Assembly: GCA_003165235.1 (NCBI GenBank)
Contig: PLSV01000201.1
Location: 1,488 to 65,487 of the forward strand
Reading direction: 5' to 3'
Origin: Syntrophobacteraceae bacterium
GTDB taxonomy: Bacteria; Desulfobacterota; Syntrophobacteria; Syntrophobacterales; Syntrophobacteraceae
DNA length: 64,000 nucleotides
The notes under the pieces are model-generated. The model worked only from the letters and a program-made list of their open reading frames with translations. It was not told the DNA's origin and made no database searches. Every line of letters starts with the position of its first letter. Within the stretch, counting starts at the first letter, position 1. Shown here one piece after another: positions 1 to 9,952 of the stretch. A program made the translations under genes and the position numbers.

Positions 1-1718
1 ACTGGCGCAGGATTGCGCTCGCCATGCTTTGCATGGCCCTGGTGGCTGGCTGTGGCACGGCATGTCTCTATCTTATCAAGCCGGCGTTCGACGACCTGAT
101 TGTCAAGAAAAACAAGCAGATGCTGGACCTGTTATGCACGGCCGTGCTCGTCATCTTCGCTATCAAAGGCGTTTCTTTATGCGGCAACGCCTATCTCATG
201 AGCTACGTCAGTCAGCGGATAATAACGAGGCTCAGGGAGGACGTCTACAATCACATACAGTGCCTGCCCGTTCCCTACTTGGATAAGATGCAAACCGGGA
301 ACCTGATGTCCCGCATTCTCAATGACGTGGGCGCTGTCCAGTACACGCTTTCCGAGTCGGTGACGGGAGTAATAAAAGAGTCGTTCAGCGTAATCGGCTG
401 TGTAGGCATAATGTTCTACATGGATTGGCGGCTTGCAATTGGAGCTATACTTATCGTGCCGGTGGCCTTTCTGCCGGTTTTCAAAGTCGGCAAGATATTG
501 CGAAAGACCTCCGCCAAGGTTCAGCAAATCATGGCCGACCTCTCGGTCGTAATGCACGAGACAATAGCCGGAAATCGGATAGTGAAGGCCTTCGGCATGG
601 AAGCCCATGAGAAGAACCGCTTTCGCCGTGAAAATGAAAGGCTTTTGAAATACACCTTGAAAGCGGTGCTCGTTCGCTCCGTCAACAGCGCGGCAATGGA
701 ATTCCTCGGCGGGGTCGGCATCGTTTCGATTATGTTATATGGCGGCTACCAGATTATCAGCGAAAAGATGACGGCCGGAAACCTTCTCTCGTTTCTCGCC
801 GCCCTTATCAGCCTCTATGATCCGGTTAAACGCCTCGCGAACATCTATAATTCCATCCAGCAAGGGTTGGCGGCCGCCGACAGGGTTTATGACCTTTTGG
901 ACCGGCCCATCGAAATAGTCGAGCAACCCGATGCGATAACTCTTGAGCCTGCCAGGAAACATTTAGAATTCAGGAACGTCTTCTTCGGATACGGGGCAAA
1001 ACCCGTCCTGTCGGGGATCAGCTTCAGGGTCGACGCGGGACAGGTTGTAGCGGTGGTTGGCATGAGCGGGGCGGGCAAGACCACCCTGATAAACCTGATC
1101 CCCAGGTTCTACGAGATTGCCGAAGGGGCCATTCTCATTGACGGAATCGACATCAGGGACGTAACCCTTGCGTCCCTGCGTTCTCAGATAGCCATTGTCA
1201 CCCAACAGTCCATCCTTTTTAATGACACCTTCAAGAACAATATCGCTTACGGCGACATCCGCAAAAGCGATGATGAAATAATTGCAGCGGCCAAGGCGGC
1301 TAACGCATACGACTTCATAATGAAACTGCCCATGCAATTCGAAACCACTGTCGGTGAGCAGGGGACAAGGCTCTCGGGAGGAGAACGCCAGCGAATTTGT
1401 ATCGCGCGCGCTCTGCTCAAGGATGCTCCGATCCTCATACTCGATGAAGCCACCTCTTCGCTTGACAGCGATTCCGAACTCGAGGTCCAGAAAGCCCTCG
1501 AAAACCTTATGAGGGGCCGAACGACGCTCGTAATAGCTCACCGCCTTTCCACCGTGCAGAATGCCGATTGCATAATAACCCTGGCAAATGGGAAGATTGT
1601 CGAACAGGGCCGCCACTCGGAGTTGATGATGCTCGACAGTGAATACCGAAGGCTATATGAATTGCAGTTCTCTCAATTCTCCAAAGATGACCGGGGAATT
1701 GCTCTCAGGCATTCCTGA
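1..1718 (+). CDS. msbA: ABC transporter, fused permease/ATPase, MsbA-like lipid exporter; N-terminus cut by window edge
   Basis: Frame is open from nt 3 with no stop before the ATG at 24, so the true start lies upstream. TM-rich N-terminal half, then NBD with Walker A GMSGAGKTT, ABC signature LSGGERQR, Walker B ILILDEATSSLD, H-loop VIAHRLST. Confidence 0.85.
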   Translation, partial: WRRIALAMLCMALVAGCGTACLYLIKPAFDDLIVKKNKQMLDLLCTAVLVIFAIKGVSLCGNAYLMSYVSQRIITRLREDVYNHIQCLPVPYLDKMQTGNLMSRILNDVGAVQYTLSESVTGVIKESFSVIGCVGIMFYMDWRLAIGAILIVPVAFLPVFKVGKILRKTSAKVQQIMADLSVVMHETIAGNRIVKAFGMEAHEKNRFRRENERLLKYTLKAVLVRSVNSAAMEFLGGVGIVSIMLYGGYQIISEKMTAGNLLSFLAALISLYDPVKRLANIYNSIQQGLAAADRVYDLLDRPIEIVEQPDAITLEPARKHLEFRNVFFGYGAKPVLSGISFRVDAGQVVAVVGMSGAGKTTLINLIPRFYEIAEGAILIDGIDIRDVTLASLRSQIAIVTQQSILFNDTFKNNIAYGDIRKSDDEIIAAAKAANAYDFIMKLPMQFETTVGEQGTRLSGGERQRICIARALLKDAPILILDEATSSLDSDSELEVQKALENLMRGRTTLVIAHRLSTVQNADCIITLANGKIVEQGRHSELMMLDSEYRRLYELQFSQFSKDDRGIALRHS

Positions 1719-1725
1719 AGTGAAA

Positions 1726-3054
1726 ATGAAACCAATCGCCTCAAAGGAAGGTCCTCACGGAAACTGGATAATTTTTTCCTATTTTTTCAACATAGACGCC
1801 AAAGCCAGCTCACAGCACATAGATGACCGAATCCCGCAGTTGGCGCCACTCGGAGTAAAACCCTTCATCGTCTCCAGCATCTGTGCAGAGCGAAGCAGCG
1901 ATGCCGCTCACTTCAGGGTCCCCTCCATTGCGCCTTCAGGAGTGCGCTTCGAGCTCAGGTATCTCAAGAGGAGAAATAAGTTTTTTAAATTTGCGGCCAT
2001 TCCCCTGCTGATAATGATCCTTCCGCTCTATTTCATCGAAAAGGCCATTATCAATCTGGAGAGCGAGTGGTCGTGGTTCCCTCTGGCTTTCCTGCGCGGA
2101 CTGTTGTTGAGCGCCAAATTTCATCCCGAGCTGATCTATTCGACGGGCGGTCCGGCTAGCGCCCACATCGCAGCGGGCCTCCTCGCCCGCTGGACGAAGA
2201 CGCCGTGGATCGCAGAGCTTCAGGACCCGATCGTGTTCAAAGACTGGAAAAGGAGCAAAACCGCCCTGAAGATCAATTCAAGGCTGGAGCGATTTATTCT
2301 CCAGAAGGCCTCGGCAGTCATTTTTCTGACAGAAGCCGCAAGAGAAAGGGCAGTCCAGAGAACCAATGTTGACGCCTCCAAGGTCCACGTAATCTATCCA
2401 GGCGCTCGAGCCGCCGAGGGGCCGCAAACCATCTACCGGAAAGGAGATTCTTGCCGTTTTGCCCATTTCGGGTCCTTCGGAGGATCGAGGAACCCTGGGA
2501 ACTTTCTGGAAGGGGTTCAAATCCTGCTCGATCAAAACCCCGATTTAATCGAAAAAGTGCGATTGGACTTCTTTGGCGCAATGGACCGCTTCTCCGCAAA
2601 ACTCGTTGCCAGGTTCAAGCACCGCCAGGTCGTCACCTATTTCGGAAAGGTCCCCAGGCTCGAAGCGCTCAGGGCGATGAGAAAAACCGATGCCCTCGTG
2701 CTGATAGAAAACCTGGACGATCTGTCTTGTGAAATGATTCCAGCGAAGGTTTACGAATATCTCCAGATGAACAGGCCCATTTTGGGGCTCGTCTACCAGA
2801 ACTCGCATTTAAGAAGAATGCTTCTCGAACGGGGGCATTTCGTCACGCAAGGCGATTCCCCTGCCGGGATCAGCGAACAGATAGCACAGATTGTGGAACT
2901 ATGGGGCAGAGGGGATTGGGATTCTCTAAATTTCCCCAATTCTCCTTACTCCGTTCGGGATGCGGCAGAAAAGCTTCTGGCAATATCTCGTGGGGCGCTT
3001 CATGGAACTTTAGGGGATGGCGCGCGGATGTCACCATCCAACAGGCCTCGTTGA
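1726..3054 (+). CDS. glycosyltransferase, GT-B fold (GT4-like), with N-terminal hydrophobic segment
   Basis: ATG at 1726 (M30 of the 1639 track ORF) follows the msbA stop by 7 nt; the 1639 start would overlap msbA. Hydrophobic FAAIPLLIMILPLYF; C-terminal GT-B features HFGSFGGSRNP and IPAKVYEYLQMNRPILG (EX7E-like). Confidence 0.6.
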   Translation: MKPIASKEGPHGNWIIFSYFFNIDAKASSQHIDDRIPQLAPLGVKPFIVSSICAERSSDAAHFRVPSIAPSGVRFELRYLKRRNKFFKFAAIPLLIMILPLYFIEKAIINLESEWSWFPLAFLRGLLLSAKFHPELIYSTGGPASAHIAAGLLARWTKTPWIAELQDPIVFKDWKRSKTALKINSRLERFILQKASAVIFLTEAARERAVQRTNVDASKVHVIYPGARAAEGPQTIYRKGDSCRFAHFGSFGGSRNPGNFLEGVQILLDQNPDLIEKVRLDFFGAMDRFSAKLVARFKHRQVVTYFGKVPRLEALRAMRKTDALVLIENLDDLSCEMIPAKVYEYLQMNRPILGLVYQNSHLRRMLLERGHFVTQGDSPAGISEQIAQIVELWGRGDWDSLNFPNSPYSVRDAAEKLLAISRGALHGTLGDGARMSPSNRPR

Positions 3055-3587
3055 ATCAAATAATCCAGGATCAGGCGCGCGTTTTCCTCCTCCGAGTTTG
3101 CGACCGTATCCAGAGTGATCTCTGCCTGGAGCGGAGGCTCATAGGGATCGTCAATCCCGGTAAAACCCTTCAGGCGCCCCTGGCGCGCCTGAACATACAA
3201 TCCCTTTGGATCCCGCTGCTCGCAGACCCTTATGGGAGTATCGACATAGACCTCGATGAAACGGCCCTTTTCCATCATGCCGCGCACCTCATCGCGAACC
3301 GCCCGATAGGGACTGATCGCCGCGCACACGACAAAGCCGCCATGACGCACGATTTCCGAGGCTACGAAACCAATGCGCCGTATGTTCAGGTCCCGGTCCT
3401 CCTTGCTGAATCCCAGTCCTTTGGACAAGTTAGTGCGAACCACGTCGCCATCGAGCATTGTCACCCTGCGGCGCCGCTCAAGAACTAAACGCTCCAGCAT
3501 CTCAGCGGTGGTGGATTTTCCGGAGGCGCTCAGGCCGGTAAACCAAATACATACTCCCTGAGCATATCGTCGATCTGGAGTTTCCAT
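3000..3587 (-). CDS. cysC: adenylyl-sulfate (APS) kinase
   Basis: P-loop GLSASGKST, MLDGDVVRTNL, SKEDRDLNIRRIGFVA, CAAISPY. ATG at 3587 (M40 of track ORF) has AAGGA just upstream and gives about 195 aa, typical for CysC; the 3704 start looks like a spurious extension. Confidence 0.85.
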   Translation of the reverse strand: METPDRRYAQGVCIWFTGLSASGKSTTAEMLERLVLERRRRVTMLDGDVVRTNLSKGLGFSKEDRDLNIRRIGFVASEIVRHGGFVVCAAISPYRAVRDEVRGMMEKGRFIEVYVDTPIRVCEQRDPKGLYVQARQGRLKGFTGIDDPYEPPLQAEITLDTVANSEEENARLILDYLIQRGLLDGDIRAPSPKVP

Positions 3588-3920
3588 ACGATCCTTTCCA
3601 GGTTGGCTCTCTATAAATTGACCTTTTGCCCCGATTCCGCCGACTCGAGGTGACCGGCCCGGAAGCAGTTCGATCGGGGACAGAGACATCTCCGGAAAAC
3701 CCAATTACTCTTTTATGTAAATTTATCAAGTTTTTTCTTCGGTCGTTTTTGCATCGCCGGACGATCCCCAGGGGTTTTTCAATCTCACACCAGACTACGA
3801 CACGGGTCATTTTCAATGGGTGAAGACCGCTTGCCTGCCGGTAGCTTGTATGGTATTTCAGCATACCCGGCGTACTAACCGCTTAGACTCAAGCACCCCC
3901 TAATTCCAAGGCTGACTTTT

Positions 3921-4916
3921 GTGCAAGACAAACGACCGATAGTTGTGATCCTGGGTATGCACCGAAGCGGGACTTCCCTGATCGCCAATTTCATGCATGC
4001 CATTGGGGTGGACATTGGACACGACCGGGCCCCGGCCGATGAATGGAACGCCGCAGGCTACTGGGAATCCGAGACCATTTTCCAAATCCACGAAAAAATC
4101 CTGGAGCAATTGAACTGCACCTGGAAAAATCCCCCGCTGCATCTTCCCGTCAACTGGCAGCGCGCTTCCAATATTCAGCAATTAAAAAGCGGCCTCCTCG
4201 AATTCGTCCGCTCCGAATGTGAGAGGACAGACAAGATGTGGGGGTTCAAGGATCCACGGACGGCAATTCTGTTGCCGTTGTGGCGGGAAATATTCGATGA
4301 ACTGCAACTGGAGCCCCTGTATGTGTTATCAGTACGCTACCCCGGATCTGTAGCCGCTTCTCTGGCCCGTCGCGACCGTTTCGCTCTTGCCCGCTCACAG
4401 GCTCTTTGGCTCAAGACTTACGTGGCCGCGCTATCACATACGAGAAACCATCTGCTGGGCGTCGTAGATTACGATCGCTGGTTTGAGTCCGGATTGGAGC
4501 AGGCCAGGACCGTGATAGAATCCTTAAGCATTTCTCAGTCCATAAGTGAGGAACAAATAGCAAACGCCGTCAATGACACCATTCAACCTTCATTGCGACA
4601 CCATTCCTCCAGGCAGGATGCAATGTGCGCGCCGACCGTAGCGAGATTTTATTCTCTGCTGCGGCAGGCGACAATAGATGGAAAGGTCTCCGATGAAATC
4701 TGGACCATCACGGAAGCCTTTGAAAGCACGACTGACCTTTTGAGTATATGGGATGACCTTGTCATAGGTCTCGATCAGGCAATTGAACAGAAAAATGAGC
4801 AAATCGCCGGATACAAAAGGCGTTCGAACAACTACAAAAATATTCTATATTATTCGTATGCTATTTTTCTGATTTTAGTAATTGTTTACATTACGTATTC
4901 ATTTGTGCTGAAATAA
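3921..4916 (+). CDS. sulfotransferase-family protein with C-terminal TM anchor
   Basis: GTG start. N-terminal PAPS-binding (5'-PSB-like) loop VVILGMHRSGTSL, later FKDPRTAILLPLW and SVRYPGSVAASL. Single C-terminal hydrophobic helix ILYYSYAIFLILVIVYITYSFVL. Confidence 0.7.
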   Translation: MQDKRPIVVILGMHRSGTSLIANFMHAIGVDIGHDRAPADEWNAAGYWESETIFQIHEKILEQLNCTWKNPPLHLPVNWQRASNIQQLKSGLLEFVRSECERTDKMWGFKDPRTAILLPLWREIFDELQLEPLYVLSVRYPGSVAASLARRDRFALARSQALWLKTYVAALSHTRNHLLGVVDYDRWFESGLEQARTVIESLSISQSISEEQIANAVNDTIQPSLRHHSSRQDAMCAPTVARFYSLLRQATIDGKVSDEIWTITEAFESTTDLLSIWDDLVIGLDQAIEQKNEQIAGYKRRSNNYKNILYYSYAIFLILVIVYITYSFVLK

Positions 4917-4998
4917 GACATGGAGCCAACTGGAGGCAATTTTATCCAGGACCCGAATAAACGCATGAGCCAACCCGGCAGACAGCCGAGCCTCAGGT

Positions 4999-6087
4999 TC
5001 ATCTCAGGCAGGTTCGAATCACATTTCCCCATGCTTCGATCCACTTTCCCCTGTTGAACGATTCACTGACGGCACTGCGCTGCGCCTGTCCTATCTCACG
5101 TCCCCGATGGAGATTTCCCGATATCTCTTCAGCCATCTCCTCCGGCTCGAACGAAACCTTGACGCTAGGCAGGTCCGCCAGTCCGCCCACATCCGTAGAA
5201 AAAGTGGGACATGCGCAGGCCATGCTCTCAAGTGCGCCAAGAGCGGTGCCCTCTGTATGAAGCGTAGGGATGAGGGTCGCCAGGGAGGACCTGTAGAAGT
5301 CAGGCATTCGTTCGTGAGGAACTCTTCCGGTAAAAAAGACCTTGCCCGCCAAGCTGAGTTTGTGAATCAAAGCCTGGAGTTCCTGGAAATAGCCCAGCGA
5401 TACTATTTCTCCCACGATGAGAAGATTGAGGTCAGGGAACTGCTTACATATAAAATGAAAAGCTTCCAGAGCCAGGCCTATGCCCCGCCCATGGTCAAGC
5501 CGCCTTGGAAGCAATATGGCTTTCATGTCCGCTATAGCGGATACCGGCTGTCCGGCCTTGAACATTTCAAGATCGATACAGTTGGGAATCAGCCACCGCC
5601 TTTCTTCGACCTCTTCAAAAAAATGAGTGCCCGGTAAAATTCCGGCTAGACCCATCTCCCTGAAAAAAGCCGTACTGTTGGCGACCAGCCCTCTTGCCTT
5701 GAGCCATGCGTAATCGGCTTTTCTGCGACTCCGGCGATTGGCCCTTTCCCTGTAAGGGTCCGCCCATGTCACGGAATGACTGACCGCAACGGTTTTGGCT
5801 GCAAAGAGGGGCAGCAGGTTATTGAGGTCGTGGCTTACGAGCAGGTCCTGTCGCATCAATTCCGGAAGATACTGCACCTGCAGGGCTGTTCGAAAAGATT
5901 TGAAGGGTTTTTTCCAGGGACGAACGCTCCTTAGCTCGCTGCCGGCATCCCCGCTGAATTTCTGGAAAACTATATGTTCATGGCCCGGCAGGGCGGCAAT
6001 CAGATCAGAGACATAAACCTCGCCGCCCCCAAGCATCGGTTTGTAATTGTGTACTATGTGTCCTATTTTACCCATGGATCCGATCAC
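4999..6087 (-). CDS. glycosyltransferase family 4 (GT-B, group 1)
   Basis: FFTGRVPHERMPDFY and LIPTLHTEGTALGALESMACACPTFSTDVGGLADL (E-x7-E region) typical of group-1 glycosyltransferases. Confidence 0.75.
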   Translation of the reverse strand: MIGSMGKIGHIVHNYKPMLGGGEVYVSDLIAALPGHEHIVFQKFSGDAGSELRSVRPWKKPFKSFRTALQVQYLPELMRQDLLVSHDLNNLLPLFAAKTVAVSHSVTWADPYRERANRRSRRKADYAWLKARGLVANSTAFFREMGLAGILPGTHFFEEVEERRWLIPNCIDLEMFKAGQPVSAIADMKAILLPRRLDHGRGIGLALEAFHFICKQFPDLNLLIVGEIVSLGYFQELQALIHKLSLAGKVFFTGRVPHERMPDFYRSSLATLIPTLHTEGTALGALESMACACPTFSTDVGGLADLPSVKVSFEPEEMAEEISGNLHRGREIGQAQRSAVSESFNRGKWIEAWGNVIRTCLR

Positions 6088-6126
6088 ATGCCCGGTCGTA
6101 TCCGGTTGCCGCCCGTGCGACCCGTT

Positions 6127-7080
6127 TCAGTGATAGCCGCATTTTTCCAGGCTGTTTCTCAGGCTGCGCAACATACGGTAGAACTTAATTCTTTTGCCCA
6201 GGCGCCCGGGTCTATAAGATTCGATCATTTTCATCCGGTTGTTGACTCTATACCGCAGGTCGGCGCTCATCCCCGTTTGCATAGCCTCATCGATATAGCC
6301 TTCAATTGTTTTCATCTGCCCGTATGGATGAAGGATGCGCACGGGATGGACGGGATACATCTTCTTGAACCGTTCTCTGTTTCGCTTCATGAAAGCCATC
6401 TTGCCAACATCGGCGCCGAATGAGCCGCTTCCCTTATGATAAACAAACACCTCTTCGACGCACACCAACCTGTAGCCTGCGCTCCTCACCCGAAGGCAAT
6501 AGTCCTCGTCCTCGTAATAGCCCAACTCGAACCCCTCATCCAGCATTCCGGCTTTCCCGATCACATCCCTGCGCATGGCGACACAAAAAAACGAGAGCAT
6601 TTCAACTTCGAACCGGCTTCCCCTGCTTCTCGATGCCCACAGCAGACCCTCCTGAAGTATCTCTTCGGGGGTTTTGCCGGATGTGAAAATCTGCTGTTCG
6701 GTTCCAACCACATTGGAAACCGGGCCGGTCAGACCGATTGAAGAGTCATTGGAAAGGGGGTTGGTCAACCCGTCCAGCCATCCACCAGTTACGAGAGTGT
6801 CACTGTTCAGAAGGACCACGAACTCGCCCGAGGCGATCCTGAGTCCGTCATTGTTGCCGCCGGCGAATCCCCTGTTAGATTTGTTAAAGATGCACCTGAG
6901 CCTCGGTTGATCCTCCATCATATCGTTCAGGTAGGCGGACGTATCATCGGAAGAGTTGTTGTCCACAACGATGACTTCGAAATCGCTTCCGGCGCTATTC
7001 GCGAAAACACTTTCCAGGCAGGGCGCCGTAGTTTGGCGCAACCCGTTATGGCTGACGATTATGATGCTGGTCTCAGGCAT
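6127..7080 (-). CDS. glycosyltransferase family 2 (rhamnosyltransferase-like)
   Basis: SIIIVSHNG, FEVIVVDNNSSDDT, NRGFAGGNNDG, LLNSDT, YYEDEDYCLRVR: GT-A family 2 pattern; sits next to rfbCD. Confidence 0.8.
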   Translation of the reverse strand: MPETSIIIVSHNGLRQTTAPCLESVFANSAGSDFEVIVVDNNSSDDTSAYLNDMMEDQPRLRCIFNKSNRGFAGGNNDGLRIASGEFVVLLNSDTLVTGGWLDGLTNPLSNDSSIGLTGPVSNVVGTEQQIFTSGKTPEEILQEGLLWASRSRGSRFEVEMLSFFCVAMRRDVIGKAGMLDEGFELGYYEDEDYCLRVRSAGYRLVCVEEVFVYHKGSGSFGADVGKMAFMKRNRERFKKMYPVHPVRILHPYGQMKTIEGYIDEAMQTGMSADLRYRVNNRMKMIESYRPGRLGKRIKFYRMLRSLRNSLEKCGYH

Positions 7081-7145
7081 AAGCGTTGCCCCGGGGATTG
7101 AGAAATTTACGAGTTTAGTAACTTAGGAATTCAGTCCCTCAATCC

Positions 7146-8066
7146 CTAAATCCCTTGAGAGAGTGCATCCATCAGGCTCGCAAGACTCTTCTCCCATGGA
7201 GGCGGCGCTATTCCGAAACCCGCCCGGATCTTGCCGCAATCGAGCGCGGAATACATGGGCCTCGCCGCAACGGTCGCATAGGAACTGCTCGGTACGGGCG
7301 ACACCCTGGCGATCCGGGAAGATTCCCTTCGCCTCGCCTCGTCCAGAATGGCGAAAGCAAAGTGATACCACGTCGTAATGCCCTCTCCGCAGAAATGATA
7401 GGCGCCCCAGGGGACCTCTTCCGGACAGGAGAGGACGCGCTCAGCAATCCGGACCAGGCATCCGGCAAGGTCACAAGACCAGGTGGGGCATCCATACTGG
7501 TCCGACACCACATTTAACTCTTCCCGCTCCCTGCCGAGCCTCAGCACAGTCTTTACGAAATTCTGGCCCCTCGATCCGTAAAGCCATGAAGTCCGCACTA
7601 TTATGTGCCTGGCAAGCCGGGACCGCACAGCCTCTTCTCCATCCCACTTGCTCCGGCCGTAGACGTTCAGTGGATCGGCGGCATCTTCTTCTTTATAGGG
7701 GCGGTCGGATTTGCCGTTGAAAACATAGTCCGTGGAAATATGGATGAGCGGTATTCCCAGCCTTTCACACTCATCGGCAAGATTGGCCGGCCCATCCCGG
7801 TTAACAGCAAAAGCAGCCTCCGGTTCCGATTCGGCTTTATCGACGGCGGTATAGGCCGCGCAGTTTATCAGAAGGCCAGGTGAACTGACTCCGCTCAACA
7901 CCGAACGAGCGCTTTCCCTTTTCGTTATATCGATATGAGGAATGTCCAGGGCGCAGGCTTTGAGACCGCTGCTTTTCAGAGACTCGACCACTTCCCAGCC
8001 GAGCATCCCACCGCTTCCGAGGACTACGATATTACAATGCTTCATATGATCAGGAATCATCCTCAA
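7146..8066 (-). CDS. rfbD: dTDP-4-dehydrorhamnose reductase
   Basis: RmlD-type: NIVVLGSGGMLG Rossmann motif, YGRSKWDGE (YxxxK), 306 aa; ATG overlaps rfbC stop as ATGA (8063-8066). Confidence 0.85.
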   Translation of the reverse strand: MRMIPDHMKHCNIVVLGSGGMLGWEVVESLKSSGLKACALDIPHIDITKRESARSVLSGVSSPGLLINCAAYTAVDKAESEPEAAFAVNRDGPANLADECERLGIPLIHISTDYVFNGKSDRPYKEEDAADPLNVYGRSKWDGEEAVRSRLARHIIVRTSWLYGSRGQNFVKTVLRLGREREELNVVSDQYGCPTWSCDLAGCLVRIAERVLSCPEEVPWGAYHFCGEGITTWYHFAFAILDEARRRESSRIARVSPVPSSSYATVAARPMYSALDCGKIRAGFGIAPPPWEKSLASLMDALSQGI

Positions 8067-8614
8067 GCACCATCAACGGGTAAATCCGCCTCACGAAAAA
8101 AACTGCCTTTCGCATCCTTTTCAGAAATGACCCTCTCTCCATCCAGCGGCCAGTCTATAGCCAGGTCGGGATCATCCCATCTTATACATCTTTCATGTTC
8201 GGGAGCATAAAAATCGCTTGCTTTATACAGCACTTCAGTCATCGGCGAAAGAGCCGCAAAACCATGGCCAAAACCGGAAGGAATATAGATTTGCAGCTTG
8301 TTGGACGCCGAAAGATTCAAACCGAACCAGCGGCCGAACGTTGGCGAGGACCTTCTCAGGTCCACCGCTACATCGAAAATCTCTCCGCTGACGACACGAA
8401 TCAGCTTCGCCTGGGAATTCTTTATCTGGTAATGGATGCCCCTGAGAGCGCCACGGCAGGACAAAGAGTGATTGTCCTGCACAAATGACACATTGACGCC
8501 AAGAGCGGCCAGAGTTTTTTTGTTGTAGCTTTCGAAGAAAAATCCCCTCTCGTCGGCAAAGACACGTGGCTCCAGTACGATGATTCCCGGGATATACGCG
8601 GAAGACGCTCTCAC
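8063..8614 (-). CDS. rfbC: dTDP-4-dehydrorhamnose 3,5-epimerase
   Basis: Cupin RmlC motifs: GIIVLEPRVFADERGFFFESYN, RGIHYQ, KLIRVVSGEIFDVAVDLR, HGFAAL; 183 aa. Confidence 0.9.
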   Translation of the reverse strand: MRASSAYIPGIIVLEPRVFADERGFFFESYNKKTLAALGVNVSFVQDNHSLSCRGALRGIHYQIKNSQAKLIRVVSGEIFDVAVDLRRSSPTFGRWFGLNLSASNKLQIYIPSGFGHGFAALSPMTEVLYKASDFYAPEHERCIRWDDPDLAIDWPLDGERVISEKDAKGSFFREADLPVDGA

Positions 8615-8797
8615 TATTTACCCTCACATTGGTTGACCAGACGGCATACACACTTTTATCATCATCGCCGCAGAATTTAAAGCTTAGGGAATTCTCGGAA
8701 AAATTCAGCAAAGATGAGGTTGCCGGAATCAGGCGCCGGAGTTGTTCAGCCCCCCTGGAATCATTAGCGGCGCCGCATACTCCTGCAATCCGGCCGC

Positions 8798-9952
8798 TCA
8801 CCGCGTGCGATCCGTTCGCCGCGTGGAACGACCGGCGGACTCACGCACGATGGCGACCACCTGATCTTGCTGGTCCTCAGTGATTTCGTGGAACAGCGGC
8901 AGAATGAGCGACTGCCGTGTCAGGCGCTCGGTTACAGCAAGTTCGCCATGCCGGGCATCCCGGTATGCCGGCTGCAGGTGAGCAGCCATGAAGCCGCGGC
9001 GCGCCGAAATACCGCACTCCATCATTTTGCGCAAAAGCTCGTCGCGAGTGAGTGGAAACTCGTCGGGCAACACTATCCAGAAGGACTGGAAGTTGGTCCG
9101 GCCGAACGGGGTGTCGGCAACGACGTGGAGGCCCGGTATGCCGGCGAGCCGCTCCTGATAAAAGTGAGCCAGCTCCCGCCGGCGCACCGCCATAGCGTCG
9201 AGACGCGTGAGTTGGACGAGCCCGACCGCTGCCTGAATATCGCTCATGCGGTAGTTGAAACCGGTCTCCGGGTACTCTTCAATGATGGGTTCGAGGCGTG
9301 CGTGCCGGTCAGCCGCGCTTACGGTCATCGCGTGCTCGCGGAGCCGGCGCATGCGCTCTGCGAAGTCCAGGCGAGACGTCATTATCATACCGCCTTCTCC
9401 GGTGGTGATGAGCTTACGCGGATGAAAGGAAAATACGACGAGATCTGAGTGCGATCCGATTGGCTGACCCCGATAGGTAGATCCCAGTGCGCACGCGGCG
9501 TCCTCCACGACCGAGACGCCCCAGGGATCGCAAAGCTTGCGCACGGCGGCGATATCGGCAGGCACGCCTCCCTGATGCACAAGGATAACCGCCCTTGTTC
9601 GCGGCGTCAGCACCTCCCTGATGGTTACGGCAGTGAGATTTTGCGTGTCCTCATCGACGTCCGCGAAGACCGGCATTGCGCCGACGTACCGAACCGAGTT
9701 GGCCGTCGCGATGAAGGAGAGTGAGGGCGCCACAACCTCGTCTCCTGGACCGATTCCCAGCGTGACGAGCGCAAGGTGAAGCGCAGCATTGCCCGATGAG
9801 ACGGCGACGCCATGGGCGGCGCCGACCTTCTCGCAAACGGCGCGTTCGAAGGCGGCAACCCGCGGCCCCTGCGCCACCCAGCCGGATGCTATCACCTCGG
9901 CGACAGCGGCGGCCTCCTCCGAACCAAGATAGGGTCGCATGACGGGGATCAT
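8798..9952 (-). CDS. DegT/DnrJ/EryC1/StrS-family sugar aminotransferase
   Basis: MRPYLGSEE start, GDEVVAPSLSFIAT, DAACALGS, FSFHPRKLITTGEGGM (PLP lysine context). Confidence 0.85.
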   Translation of the reverse strand: MIPVMRPYLGSEEAAAVAEVIASGWVAQGPRVAAFERAVCEKVGAAHGVAVSSGNAALHLALVTLGIGPGDEVVAPSLSFIATANSVRYVGAMPVFADVDEDTQNLTAVTIREVLTPRTRAVILVHQGGVPADIAAVRKLCDPWGVSVVEDAACALGSTYRGQPIGSHSDLVVFSFHPRKLITTGEGGMIMTSRLDFAERMRRLREHAMTVSAADRHARLEPIIEEYPETGFNYRMSDIQAAVGLVQLTRLDAMAVRRRELAHFYQERLAGIPGLHVVADTPFGRTNFQSFWIVLPDEFPLTRDELLRKMMECGISARRGFMAAHLQPAYRDARHGELAVTERLTRQSLILPLFHEITEDQQDQVVAIVRESAGRSTRRTDRTR

